A DNA stretch of 64,000 nt. Source: a virus. This document shows positions 13,056-25,051 of the stretch, piece by piece (the first letter of the stretch is position 1; each line of letters starts with the position of its first letter). The notes below the pieces were generated by a model that was not told the DNA's origin, ran no database searches, and saw only the letters and a program-made list of their open reading frames with translations. A program made the translations under genes and the position numbers. The DNA is taken from positions 40,749 through 104,748 of IMG/VR virus record IMGVR_UViG_3300043438_001827. One strand, written 5' to 3'.

Positions 13056-16000
13056 ATGGCAGATTTTGGTTTTACATTAGATGATTTAGATAGCTCAACA
13101 TCTATTACCAGGAAGATAGCTGAAGGCTTTAATCCAAATGGATCAGAAAGTTTAACAACTTCAGCTTCTCAAAGTGGATATGAAAATGAGACTATGAGCA
13201 CTAGGGATGTAAGTGAAATATTATCTCGGTGATACTCTATTTAGGAACCCAGCATCTCTTATTAACGTTTCTAACAAGTTTGTTAATTCAACTGCACACT
13301 CTTTGATTACCACTGGAGCGCAAAGTTCAGAATCTTTTTCTATACCAAACCCAGATTATCAAGGTAAAGACGGAGAACCGTCAAAATTATCTGGTCGGAG
13401 CAGCTTACCTAAAAATAGTTTCTAAGTCTATAGCGGGAACTGGTTATGCAGCAGCTGGATCAAACAATCCATTAATGGATCTTTTAAATACATATAAAAC
13501 TGGTCAATGGCCTAAGAGCTCTAGCGGTTCTGGTGTTTCGCAATTTGGTGGGCCACTTATTAAGCATGGCAATGTTACTTATATATTCGATCCATCTGCA
13601 CCATCTTTAGGATCAAGAATGATTGCTCTAGATTCAGAGCTAACACCAGAAGAAAAACAATACTATATCGAAAGAGGAACCATTCTCAGTAGAGTAGTAG
13701 GTGACACTGTATTGATTTCTGGTTTTGACATAGATTTTCCTGATAATTGGACTAACCATAAATTAATAGCCACTCAGTCCTATTATCCTGATGTTCCTCA
13801 AGAGCAAAATAATGGATTTGTTCAAGACAGTTTAATTATCGCCCCAAAACAAAAAGCGTATATATGTGCAGCTCTAATAGAATTGTTAATAGCATTAGCT
13901 GATAAAATAGGATTCGACGGAACTTTTGCTACTTCTAGAGCAGTCATAACACAAGAAGGTGATAATCAAATAGGATTAGATGGTTCGTCTTCAAAGGTTA
14001 ACTCAAATATTAAAAACATAATATCAGATCATGTTTTTGGAAGATCTTTTGATTTTCAAAAGTTAGGTTCCAATTACGATTCTACTCAAAATATTCCAGT
14101 ATCAGAAGATGGATATCAGCTCAGTCTAGATATGCTTCTAGAAGCTCTTAATACTATGCCTATGCCACTTCTTCCTGATTTAATTGTAATCCATCCAGAA
14201 GTTGGTAGAAAATTAGGAATAGTAGAAGGCCTTGAGGGAATGAGTTCTGCTGTTAAAATGAAATATCCAAATTTAAAGTATGTTGATTTTGTGTCAGATG
14301 ATAATCACACAAGTCACATTCACATTTCTTTTAGCGCAGAAAGAGCTGGTAAGTATATCGGTTCAGAAGGTCTTATCGTAAGTAGTACAATAATAGATGA
14401 AGTAGACAGTGGCGAAAGCGATGCCGCTCTGCAAGCTGCAATCGAAGTATCCAGAGCAAAAGCTACTATTAATTACAAAGCATTAGAGGGAGATCTATCT
14501 AATCTGGATGTGTTTCAAATATTAACAGCTAAAAGTTTTAGTCCAGAAGTAGCTGCTATATTTACCGCCATAATGGCAAGAGAGAGCAACCGTAACCCAG
14601 GATCATTCAATGGAGTTTGCAGTAGGAATCCAGAAAATTGGAATGGATTAGCAGATGACTATTCTGTAGGAATGTTTCAGTTCAACTTATTATCATACAT
14701 TAATGCAAAAACTGGGGCAGTAACAAAGTTACCAGTAGTATATGATGGAACTAAATATCTAGATAAACCAAAAATGATGAAGGCTACCCATTTAGCTTAT
14801 AAGCCTGGAGCAGACGCTAATTGGACAGACACACAGATTTTAGAAAAAATGTTGTTGCTTCAGAATGCAGGCAAAGCTTTTGTAGATGATTTACTTTGGT
14901 ATCCAGTCAATCAAGTAGCTTTAGCAACTTATAAATGGGGTGCCAACGCTTCAGATAATGTAATAAAAACATCAAGCGGATTTCATGCGTGGGGAGATTA
15001 TGGAACTAGATCTGAATGTGGTTTTATATTCTTAACTAGTTTCCAAGAAGCTGTTAGCGTTTACTTAACAACGGGTAACGATATAGCTATATTACAAGAA
15101 TGGGTAAGAAAAAACCTTCCAAAATACAATCCTAAAACAGCTCCTTATATAGAACAGTGGATGTCTGGAACTATTTTCTTTTCTAAAAAGAAAAAAAATA
15201 CTTTAATTAAAAGCTCTAAGCCGATTAAATACGTACCAGCTGCTGGAGCTTCCTCTGGTGGATCTGTAATACAACAAATAGATAAAAAGCTTTTAATCAT
15301 TGGCAATCTAAATGTATCTGATAGTTCTACTCTAATTACAAAAAAAATGGGTCAAACTCCATGGTCTTATTATAAGACAATAGGAAAAGCTGGACTAAGG
15401 ATGGCTACAGCAAGTGCAGGTAACGCAGCTTTAAAAACTTTAATTCAAGAAATTCAAACTTTAAAAACAGCATCAGGCTCTGATAAATTTGTACCCGATG
15501 CATACATTATAGCAACCGGTGCGACTGATGCGCTGTTAGGGCTAGATTTAACAGGTTTAAAAAATTTAATTAAATTAGTTATGGTTGAAATAGGATCTAA
15601 ACCAACCTATTGGATAGACACCTATTCTGCATCAACAAATGTTGATATAAGTCAATCTTCTATTTTTAATCAAGCATTAGAAGATTTAAGACCAAGTTAC
15701 CCAAATATATTAATTAACTCAAGTACTTTAAATTGGGCAGAATTAGTAGTAGCTAACGAAAGCTATTTATCTGAGAGCAAAAGAACTTTATCATCCTTGG
15801 GCCAAGAAGCTTATGCCACCTTAATCGAGACATCGGCTAATGAATTAGCTAACCTCATTGTTCCAGGTTCATATTCTTATGGTGGGGATAGCACTGTTGC
15901 CCCTACTTTCACTAAAGACCAAATCAAAGAAGCAGCAATATGGTTAAGGACAAATAGAATGGCTGACTGGCAAACCAAGACTAATAAGAAATTTGGATGT

Positions 16001-16399
16001 GAAGGTTTTGCTAATAGACTAAGTGCAGCCTTGGGGCTGTTTGGTGAAGCTATGCCAGAGATATTCAACGATGAGTGGGATGGTCCTACTACTACTCAAG
16101 TTCCGACTAATCTAGATAGGTCCTTAAGTGCAACAGCACATTATAATAAAGTAAAAAATCGCTCAGACTTCTTTGGCCCAACAACTCCTAAGGGTAAAAA
16201 TCCTCCAAAGGGATATGTAGTATACTGGACTGGTGGTACCCCTGCAACTGATGACCTTGGGCATAATGGAATATCATTGGGTGATGGAACTTATATAGAT
16301 CAAAATGATGGATCACCTTATAAGATAATCGGAAGCACAGTAGCGGGAGGATTCCCTGGTATTAATTATACATACGTTGGCACTACACCCACTTGGTAA
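13056..16399 (+). CDS. multi-domain tail-associated peptidoglycan hydrolase (~1113 aa), two +1 shifts at CGG 13227 and 13396
   Basis: ATG 13056 follows AGGA. M15-like SDHVFGRSFD...HTSHIHISF; lytic transglycosylase AIMARES...DYSVGMFQFN; degenerate SGNH-like domain; CHAP/NlpC-like GCEGF...GHNGISLGDG. Confidence 0.75.
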
Positions 16400-16410
16400 A
16401 GGAAAATAAT

Positions 16411-16776
16411 ATGACAAAAATATATCCAAAATTTGATAAAAAAATAGCAGACAGTTTAAGCGCAGCTAGAATTCAACAAACAAAAACTAGACCTGGTGTT
16501 GTAATGTCTTTCGACAGAAAGAAGAACACTGCAATAATAGTACTAGAAGATAAAATGTCTGGTTCTATAGGGGAAATTATAAAAGATGTACCGTGTCCAG
16601 ATATACAGGGTATCCAAACCGTTGCACCAACAGCAGGATCAAGATGCATAGTTTCTTTTCGAGATGACAACGAAAGATACCCCCATATAGTATCATTTAT
16701 AAATGATATTAATTTCCAATCTAAATACCGTGTCAACTATGGTGTTGACACAGGTGTTCCTAACTTTTTAATATAA
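16411..16776 (+). CDS. baseplate spike OB-fold protein (gp5/gpV-like N-terminal domain)
   Basis: RPGVVMSFD...DVPCP...APTAGSRCIVSF pattern; located before gp25 and baseplate J; ATG 16411 follows AAGGA. Confidence 0.6.
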   Translation: MTKIYPKFDKKIADSLSAARIQQTKTRPGVVMSFDRKKNTAIIVLEDKMSGSIGEIIKDVPCPDIQGIQTVAPTAGSRCIVSFRDDNERYPHIVSFINDINFQSKYRVNYGVDTGVPNFLI

Positions 16777-16778
16777 TC

Positions 16779-17477
16779 ATGAACCCAAACGACCCAATAG
16801 TAAAAAATTATAGTTCAAATGCAAAAAACTATATATCTGAAAAAAATGAGTATGAAAAAAGAAAAAACTTTTCATCTAGAGAAGTTGGGTTGACCCATCC
16901 TGATAATTCTTCTTTTATTCGCTTAACCGATTCTGGAGATATAGAAATTTTTACAGCACCAGGAGTTGGCATGATTATAAGTGGATCTACTAGAAGCATA
17001 TCTCTTTTTGCTGACAGTATAAGATTTCACACCAAGGAAAATGGTTTAAAGTGGAATTCTATGGATTTTAATCATTCGGCAGACGATTTCACTGAGCCAA
17101 CTTTATTGAAATCTAATCCAGATCAATACAACCCAGCTTATATAAACATAGGTAAATATATAGATGAATTGATAAAAATAAACGAAGAGGAACAACAGGA
17201 AGTAAAACCAACTATTACTATAGGAGGGGAGTATCAATTTGTTGACACTACTGCAGATTTAACTGGTAATTACGGTTTCCTTTCTGGTAATGACTCTTCT
17301 TCTTTATTTACTGAGGATCAAATCAGTATAATTAAAATTAGCTGGGAAACAAATATAACTCCTGTAAATAATAATATTAGCTTGGGTGAATTTACTGACT
17401 ACATTGTAAATTTAATGCAAAGTGGCTATACATTTAATCAAGCTAGAGATAAGGCGTTAAGGGACAAAATTGGGTGA
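16779..17477 (+). CDS. baseplate-region protein (possible spike-associated beta-strand protein)
   Basis: 232-aa ORF with SFIRLTDSGDIEI beta-rich segment; gene context. Confidence 0.5.
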   Translation: MNPNDPIVKNYSSNAKNYISEKNEYEKRKNFSSREVGLTHPDNSSFIRLTDSGDIEIFTAPGVGMIISGSTRSISLFADSIRFHTKENGLKWNSMDFNHSADDFTEPTLLKSNPDQYNPAYINIGKYIDELIKINEEEQQEVKPTITIGGEYQFVDTTADLTGNYGFLSGNDSSSLFTEDQISIIKISWETNITPVNNNISLGEFTDYIVNLMQSGYTFNQARDKALRDKIG

Positions 17478-17850
17478 TTTTTATATAGACTTATCTGGAG
17501 ACCTTAAGGTTACCGGCAATGGAGACATTGCAACAACTCAAAGCCCAGCAGAAGTTGACGTTCAACAAATATACTTAAGGCTGATGACTGAACCTGGTGA
17601 TTTCTATATATATCCAGGCTTAGGCACAGACTTAGCAATGCTTTACGGAATGCCTCAAACTCCAGAAACTGGAGAATTAGGTAAGCGAATTATAAGATCT
17701 GCCTTAGAAAGAGAAGGAATATTCTCTAATAGAAAAATTATGATTGAGGCAGTTCCCACTTCCGAAGACTCTATAAGATTTGACGTTTTCATAATTACCG
17801 AATTCAAAGAACCAACAGTACTATCTATTACTCAGACACTAGGGGTGTAA
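17470..17850 (+). CDS. gp25/GpW-like baseplate wedge protein
   Basis: GDL..NGDI, QQIYLRLMTEPGDFYIYPGLGTDL; immediately upstream of baseplate J. Confidence 0.75.
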   Translation: MGDFYIDLSGDLKVTGNGDIATTQSPAEVDVQQIYLRLMTEPGDFYIYPGLGTDLAMLYGMPQTPETGELGKRIIRSALEREGIFSNRKIMIEAVPTSEDSIRFDVFIITEFKEPTVLSITQTLGV

Positions 17851-17854
17851 TTTA

Positions 17855-19024
17855 ATGCCTATTTATAACTTAAAATCAAGAGACCAAATGCTTATTGAGG
17901 TCGTTGACGCCCTACAAAAAAATGCAGGGATTACTGCGGTATCCCCAGGTTCTATAGCCAGGGCATTTGCAGAAGCGATAACCACTGAAGTGTCAGACCT
18001 TTATAGTGCATTTAAGCTTAGTATAGAGCAGTCAACCTTAGCAATGGCGACAGGAAAAAATTTAGATGCAATAGGAGAACTCTACAGCGTAAGCAGAAGA
18101 AGCATATCTGATGAACTAACCGTAGACAGGCTAACCTCTAATATAGAATTCTTTATCAGCGTACCATATTCTGCAGATATTACAATTCCAAAAGGGACAT
18201 TGGTCTATACGGCTGTTGATAATTTCAACGATATTCAATACGCTTACGAATTAACTAATAATGTAACTATTTTATCTGGATTAACAAGAGAATATGGCAC
18301 AGTACAAGCAAAGTTTTCAGATACTGGTATTACAGCGGCAAGGAATACTGTGGTAAAACACAATTTCATAGGACCTCCTGGAGCTGCAATCTTTTGCAAT
18401 AACCCTAAAGAAATATATAGCTCTTTAAACTCTGAGTCAGATGACAATTTCAGAAGAAGGATTATAGCATCGGTCCGAAGTAAGGGAACCGGAACCGCTG
18501 AGTCTCTTAGATTTGCCGCCCTTGCCGTCAAAGGCGTAAAGGATGTAAAAATCAGAGAAGGTTCTTACGGTATAGGTTCTTGCGACTTAATAGTCGTACC
18601 AGAAAGCCTATCAGGAATGAACGCCCTTCCAGAAATCGTTTTTACCGCAGTAAGCGGGATAAAACCAGTTGGTATACGCATAAATGTAAGAATGGCCCAA
18701 AGAAAGAACGTCGATGTTACTGCTACATTAACCCTTAGAGAAGGAACGACATCTCAACTAGCTAGATCCGCAGAAGCACAGGCTAGAATATTCTTAACTA
18801 GATACTTAAATTCTTTTTCAATAGGAGATTCTATATCAATCAAAGAGATGGAATCCCAGATGAAATTTGCCTCTGACTTAATCCTTTCCGCTACGATAAA
18901 TAATGTTGCAGTAGATAAAAAGAATATATCAAATACCGACTATAGATTGTCTGATGATAGAAGTTTCATGATAGCTGGCGCAGTAGCTGTATATTCTGTT
19001 ATAATTGGTACTTCAAACTACTAA
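17855..19024 (+). CDS. baseplate J-like (gp6-like) wedge protein
   Basis: PGSIARAF, ATGKNLDAIG, ESDDNFRRRI...GTAESL...AVKGV, KPVGI motifs. Confidence 0.85.
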   Translation: MPIYNLKSRDQMLIEVVDALQKNAGITAVSPGSIARAFAEAITTEVSDLYSAFKLSIEQSTLAMATGKNLDAIGELYSVSRRSISDELTVDRLTSNIEFFISVPYSADITIPKGTLVYTAVDNFNDIQYAYELTNNVTILSGLTREYGTVQAKFSDTGITAARNTVVKHNFIGPPGAAIFCNNPKEIYSSLNSESDDNFRRRIIASVRSKGTGTAESLRFAALAVKGVKDVKIREGSYGIGSCDLIVVPESLSGMNALPEIVFTAVSGIKPVGIRINVRMAQRKNVDVTATLTLREGTTSQLARSAEAQARIFLTRYLNSFSIGDSISIKEMESQMKFASDLILSATINNVAVDKKNISNTDYRLSDDRSFMIAGAVAVYSVIIGTSNY

Positions 19025-19041
19025 ATTTAAAGAAGGCTTTA

Positions 19042-20241
19042 ATGTCAGATAAAATGTATACTGTAGTACGTAAGCAGATTGTAAAAGCTGCCAATATGAC
19101 ACATGCTAGAAATATAGCAGATGGCTACGAAGATTTTCCAGGTGAGTTGATGTCCGATGAACTCAATACGGAATTGTCTAATCAAAAGGTGTCGTCTAAT
19201 CAGACTATCCTCATAGAAGATTCTTCTGACTTGGAAGTTCCTACCTTTAATGACAGAGGGGACTTTCTTAGATCCGAGAATAGAAGATTGGCCAGATTAG
19301 CAGATAAATACAAGAACGTAAAAGATGAAGCCGTAGTAGCAATATACGAGGCAGCATATGATGCGTTTAGTACCATAAGCCTTCCTCCAGTCAAGAAACC
19401 AGTCTTAAAATCAGGCTTAGGCGAGCCAGAAACAGCTGTAGCTGTATTCGCAGACTGGCAGCTAGGTAAGGTCACTCCTGACTACAACTCTAACGTAGCT
19501 GCTCAAAGAATAGAACTTTATACAGAGAAGCTTCTTGAAATTACTGAAATTCAAAGAAAACACCATCCGGTTAATAACCTTCATGTGTGGATGCTGGGAG
19601 ATATAGTTGAGGGTGAAGAAATTTTCCCTGGACAAGCACACTTGATTGACTCTGGTTTATATCGACAGGTTGGAGTAAATGGACCAGAGATTATAGCCAA
19701 GTTCCTAAGAACTGCTTTGGAGAACTTTGAGCATGTGCATGTTACTGGGGTAATAGGAAATCATGGTGCCGTTGGTGGTCGAGGAAGAAAGCAACACGAT
19801 CCAGAAACTAATATGGATAGACTTCTTTACCAAATCATTAGACTAATATTTAAAGATGAGCCAAGAATTACCTTTAATATTCCAGATGGAAAAGGCGAAA
19901 GACACTGGTATGCTGTCGACACTATAGGAAATTATAGTAGTCTTTTAATTCACGGTGATCAATTACCTTCACCCAATGCCTTTCATGGTTACTATAAAAA
20001 GATAATGGGCTGGAAAGATGGTGCAATTCCGGAGCATTTTGATGATGTGTTCATGGGTCACTATCACCAATCTTTTAAGATGACGATAGGCAGCGCAACA
20101 TTGAGAATTTCTGGTTCACCAGAAAGCTACAACACCTATGCACAAGAGTTCTTCTCTTCTATGAGTAGACCTTCTCAGCAACTTATGTATGTACATCCTC
20201 AAAATGGACTCACTTGTGAATACAGTATTTGGTTAGACTAG
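19042..20241 (+). CDS. calcineurin-like metallophosphoesterase with N-terminal extension
   Basis: ADWQLG, LGDIVEG, IGNHG, IHGD and MGHYH metal-binding motifs. Confidence 0.85.
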   Translation: MSDKMYTVVRKQIVKAANMTHARNIADGYEDFPGELMSDELNTELSNQKVSSNQTILIEDSSDLEVPTFNDRGDFLRSENRRLARLADKYKNVKDEAVVAIYEAAYDAFSTISLPPVKKPVLKSGLGEPETAVAVFADWQLGKVTPDYNSNVAAQRIELYTEKLLEITEIQRKHHPVNNLHVWMLGDIVEGEEIFPGQAHLIDSGLYRQVGVNGPEIIAKFLRTALENFEHVHVTGVIGNHGAVGGRGRKQHDPETNMDRLLYQIIRLIFKDEPRITFNIPDGKGERHWYAVDTIGNYSSLLIHGDQLPSPNAFHGYYKKIMGWKDGAIPEHFDDVFMGHYHQSFKMTIGSATLRISGSPESYNTYAQEFFSSMSRPSQQLMYVHPQNGLTCEYSIWLD

Positions 20242-20256
20242 TAAAAAGGTTTTTAA

Positions 20257-23200
20257 ATGAAAAGTTATCTATTAAGTTTTACTAGTTATGATTTTAGTAA
20301 AAATGGTAAAACTTGGGTTACAAGTCCAGTAGATCTTTATTTTAACAAATACTATACTAATTTTAGTAATAAAAGATCAAGAACCGGTAATAACTTAATA
20401 GGTGACTATACATTTACTGGTACGGAAAAAACAGGCGATGCCTATATTTACGTAGACAGCACCCAGTATAGTAGCCCTAACTTTATTTTCCAAACCCCTG
20501 GAGCCACTGCTAACTATGGAGCCACTGCTAACTATCTTCTATATACAGACACAAATTTTAATTTAATATCAACACCATCATTCTTGCAAACAGTTTACCA
20601 AACAAACTATGGTGAGGTAGTACAAGATATAGCCACTCCTAGCCTAATGAGACTGGTTGATACATCTTCTAGGGTAGATATAAGATCATTTAGAGGAGCA
20701 TTCTCCAACCGTCTTGGTGGAATAGAAAATATAACCTATAACATAAGCGTTTATGAGTCTGATTCACAGGAGCGGACCATGGCTCCTTTCCACCACTACA
20801 TCTTCTGAATCCCTGGGGACTCTACTTCTAGCTAAAGACTCTAAAAGGTACGCTAAGTTTGAAATAACAATAGATACTCAAGTAACCGATGTAAACGTTT
20901 TAGATTTTGTATTAATAGTTGAAATAGCTATATCTGAACCGATAACACCGGTCTTATCTAGATCAGCAAAAAACATACTAAGAAAATTTCCATCATGGAT
21001 GGAGATGTATTCCGATTCAGAAGATCAAGTTAACCAAGATAACTATGTTCCAAAAAGTGTTGGTGGAAAATTCATAAATGCTATAGTTTCTGAAAACTTA
21101 GATTACTTTGACACACAAGTAGATATACATAATATAAATCGCTTTATAGGTAGTGCTGACTTAAATCAAGTAGCATGGATGTGGTCTTCATTAAACGTTC
21201 CAAATACTTATAACAAGATTATAGGTGACAACATAGAGTTAACTAGACTAGACAGCATGACTGACCTATATGAAGCTAGAAATACAGATTATGTTTATTT
21301 TCACAATCCAGTTAACAGACAAATAATTACAATTAGAAATTTTGAATCTTTAATTGCGTATAATAATAATACTACTTCAGTGGAATTGCCTCAGATACCA
21401 ATTCAAAGGTTCAACTGGTTTGATGAATTTGGTGCACGAGTAGGACTAAATAGGCTTTATCTAGAAGAGAATGAATCATTTAAGTTTAGAATATTAGACG
21501 TTTTTATCAATCCTATTTCTACTGATATAAATGGATTTAAAAGAACTTTAAGAAGAGAACTTAATCTTTGGGATGCTTTTGGCGCAACACCAGATCACAC
21601 AACCGATTATGCTACTCCATTGATTATGGAAATGTCTGACATAGAATCTTCTTTGGAATATTTTAACGCTGATGGTAGTCCAAAAGAAAAATTTACAAAT
21701 TTAGTAATTAAATTAAATGAAAAATATCCAACTAATTGGGGTTATTTCTCATTCAACAATGCTATTTGGGACACTGCTGGTTTAAATCAAGAGGGAGTTA
21801 ATAGACTAAGTGCTAATTATAGTGATGAAATAAATGATTTTGCTTATTATCAACCAGGTGTTGGCGATCTTTCTGATAGCGAAATAATAATCTATGATAA
21901 TTCTGCTACTCCTCAATGGTTTACTACTAGCTTAGTAGCAACTGGAAAAAAGAAGATTGGTACACATTTAGAAAATTCACCAATTGAAATTAATTATGAA
22001 TATTATTCAGATTACAAGAGATACATTTACGATAATCAGAGTGCTACTATAAATCTAACAGTGGAAGCAACGTTACTGCCTTATGGTACAAGTGCAACAC
22101 CAAGACTTATTTATTCTCCTATAACTAGATTTGTTAAAAACCAGCATGCTCCTACAAGTAGCGCAAGTCCAGAATTCAATACAGTTCAAATATTTGATAC
22201 AGATGGTTATTTGAGTAGCGATCTAAATTTTAGATATAAAGACACGAAACAATTAGCTACAATTAATTTCAATAACCTATATTCAACAACTAGAATTCCA
22301 TATAATAAGATTTCTGATATGAGATTAAAGAATGGATTATGGAATGGATCACAGTATGCAACACCAAATTCAGATACGTTTGCAGCTTTCTTTTCCCATA
22401 AATCAGACAAGCTTATTTCTACCAGTTCAGAAATAAATGCCAGTACTCCATCTTTTACACCAAATACTGTAATAAAACTAGTATCAAATGTTTATAATTT
22501 AAAGCAAGTTATCGAAGAAACAGTTCCTGTAAAAGACAAGATCACGTTAAATGATACTGTAGATGCAAGTAAAAAGAATGTAAACCTTCCTCTTGATTTA
22601 ATCAAATCTAATATAATTTACCCAGTTGGAGCAACTCCTCAATATACGTACATAAATGTTATACCTCCAACAAACACGTTCAACTCTCCAGATCAGGATG
22701 TCTCTGACAATATCTCTGTTTATGGTGGAGCAGCTAATTACACAGAACTAGATAGAGATTTATTTGTTCCATCTTCTCCTAATATTACTGCTTCCATATA
22801 TGGAAGTTCACTTCCTTCCAATTCTTTTGGTTTTATAAACTCTGAAAATACAGCTTCTACTGTCAACTATTATTTTGGTAAATTAAAATACGATGCAACA
22901 GCAACTCCTAGATCCATAACTATCAAATCAAATGAAGTAAATACTTATCCTTTTGAAATAATAGATTGGGAACCATTTGAAATTCATTCAACCCCTAAAA
23001 TATCTGGAATTGTTGATGAAAATGGAATTGTAAAATATCTTCTTGAAAATGGAGAATACATACCTGGATTAAACAGTAACATAATAGATTTACCAGAAAT
23101 AACAAGAGAAACTTTTGGCATTTCTGGATCTTCAAAGTTTGATTATTTCTTTGAAAATATAAAAGTTTTAGATCCAGAAAGTGTTAATGTATCAATCTGG

Positions 23201-25051
23201 TCTGATCAATCTGTAGTAAAACCATTCTTAAATAGAACATTTGTATTAGAATCTAGTGTAGCTAACGCCATCAGTAATGCGGAAACCCACATACAAATAA
23301 TAGACTATCCTTTAGACTCAGTAGTAGAATCCTTTAACTCAACAAGAAATACAACTATTTTTAGTAATATAAGAGTAAGAGGAAAGTTGTATGATAATAA
23401 AATTGATTCAAGGTTAAGAACTGGTTGGCTGTCTATAGGAAAAGAAGAAAAATATATATATGCAGATCCAATAACAGAAAATTTTACTGGCAATCTTTTT
23501 TCTGTACAATTAACCCACAAACCACACCAAGGTGCACCGATTATAGTTGATGTTTTAGATCAAGATTCTACTCCAGTAACTTTTTATCAGGAGATAGCAT
23601 TCTCCGATCAAGCTACTCCAGGTAAAATATCTTTTTATAATAAAGAAGTTTTAAAGCCAAAACCAGATAATTCATTCTATTTAGGATACAAAAACGTTTA
23701 CGACCTTTCGATTAAAGACTTAAACACAGGAGAAACAATACAAAGTAATTATGCAACTCCTGGGTATACAGCTCTAGCGAGCGATCCGAATAGACCACTA
23801 ACGATGAACAGAGAATACGAAATCATATATAGAGTTAAGGATTCATACTATATAGACACTGTTAATGTAGGAGATGAGTACAAAGCTCAAATACATTTTG
23901 ATTCTACTCCAGGTAGCTCCTATAAATATGAAGTTACTTATGAGAATTCCGTATCCGCAACTTCTACCCCTTTAGTTATCAACATGGATCCTTTGACTTC
24001 ATGGATAGGGGAAGGATACTTAGCAATATCAGATCAGGAATATAGTTTTGACAGAGTCCAATGCTATATCTCTCCACCTTACGTGGTTAATGATGGACAT
24101 GATTATTGTGACATTTCAATAATTTCCTTAGATATAAACGGAAACCCAAAACCACATCAATCTTTTAATATTACAACCAATAAGCTAACATCTTCAGTCG
24201 GTAGAATAACTACAGACTTAGAAGGATATGGTCATTTTACTGTTATATCAAATTATTCAACAACTACTAAACAAAACGGAACCATAACAGTTTCAGGTAT
24301 CAATTATCAATCTGACCCAACTGCCCACAAAAATAGCCAATCAGCTAGTTCTGTTACGGATATAACTATAGAGATTATACCTCAAGATACTTATGTATCA
24401 AATAAGATAAAGGCAGACGTTGTAAGTAAAAAAATTCAAGCAGATTCAGTGTCCAATAACTTTATCAATGGCATAGTAACTGAAAACGGAATACCCTCTA
24501 CTGATACTGTTATATACTGGAGAAAAGCAAGATATAATCATACTATCTTTAATTCAATTAATTACTCTACTTCCTCTGCTGCTCCTGGGTCATCTAATAC
24601 TTCAGGTTCAGCAAGAACTGATTCTGAGGGTAAATTTTCAATAGGACCATTTACTGCTAAGGATAATTCAGATCCAGGATACTGGTTTGTTGCAGTAGAG
24701 ACAGACTTTAGCTCAACCTTGTCTGCAACCCCTACTACAACTGACGGTGATATAGTTTACTGGTTAGAGGAATATGACTCAATTAATTATAATTATATAA
24801 ACACTATAAATATAGTCGATGTTGTCAACTATGATTCTCAAAAATCACTTGACCTTTATGCCACACCTAACTTCCTTCTTAATTACTATAGTGTAGACAA
24901 AGTAGATGTTTTGCACTCCACCCCAAGATGGTCTCCACCAAAATGGTTTGCCACTAGCAGATATGATCAATATCAATCTGGTAGATTGGGTAATGTCCCA
25001 TATAGCATTAATAATTATAATAATTTAATAAAAGATTATGAGGAAGAATAA
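20257..25051 (+). CDS. large baseplate/tail structural protein (~1597 aa), +1 shift at CGG 20773
   Basis: ORF 20257 CGG 20773 leads to GGA 20774 in the frame of 20753..25051. Wedge-like FDEFGARVGLNRLYLEENESFKFRI; Ig-like DINGNPKP...TTDLEGYG; many [A/S]TP motifs. Confidence 0.65.
20500..20535 (+). repeat. 18-bp perfect tandem duplication (GATANY x2)
   Basis: ggagccactgctaactat occurs twice in tandem, in frame. Confidence 0.9.
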
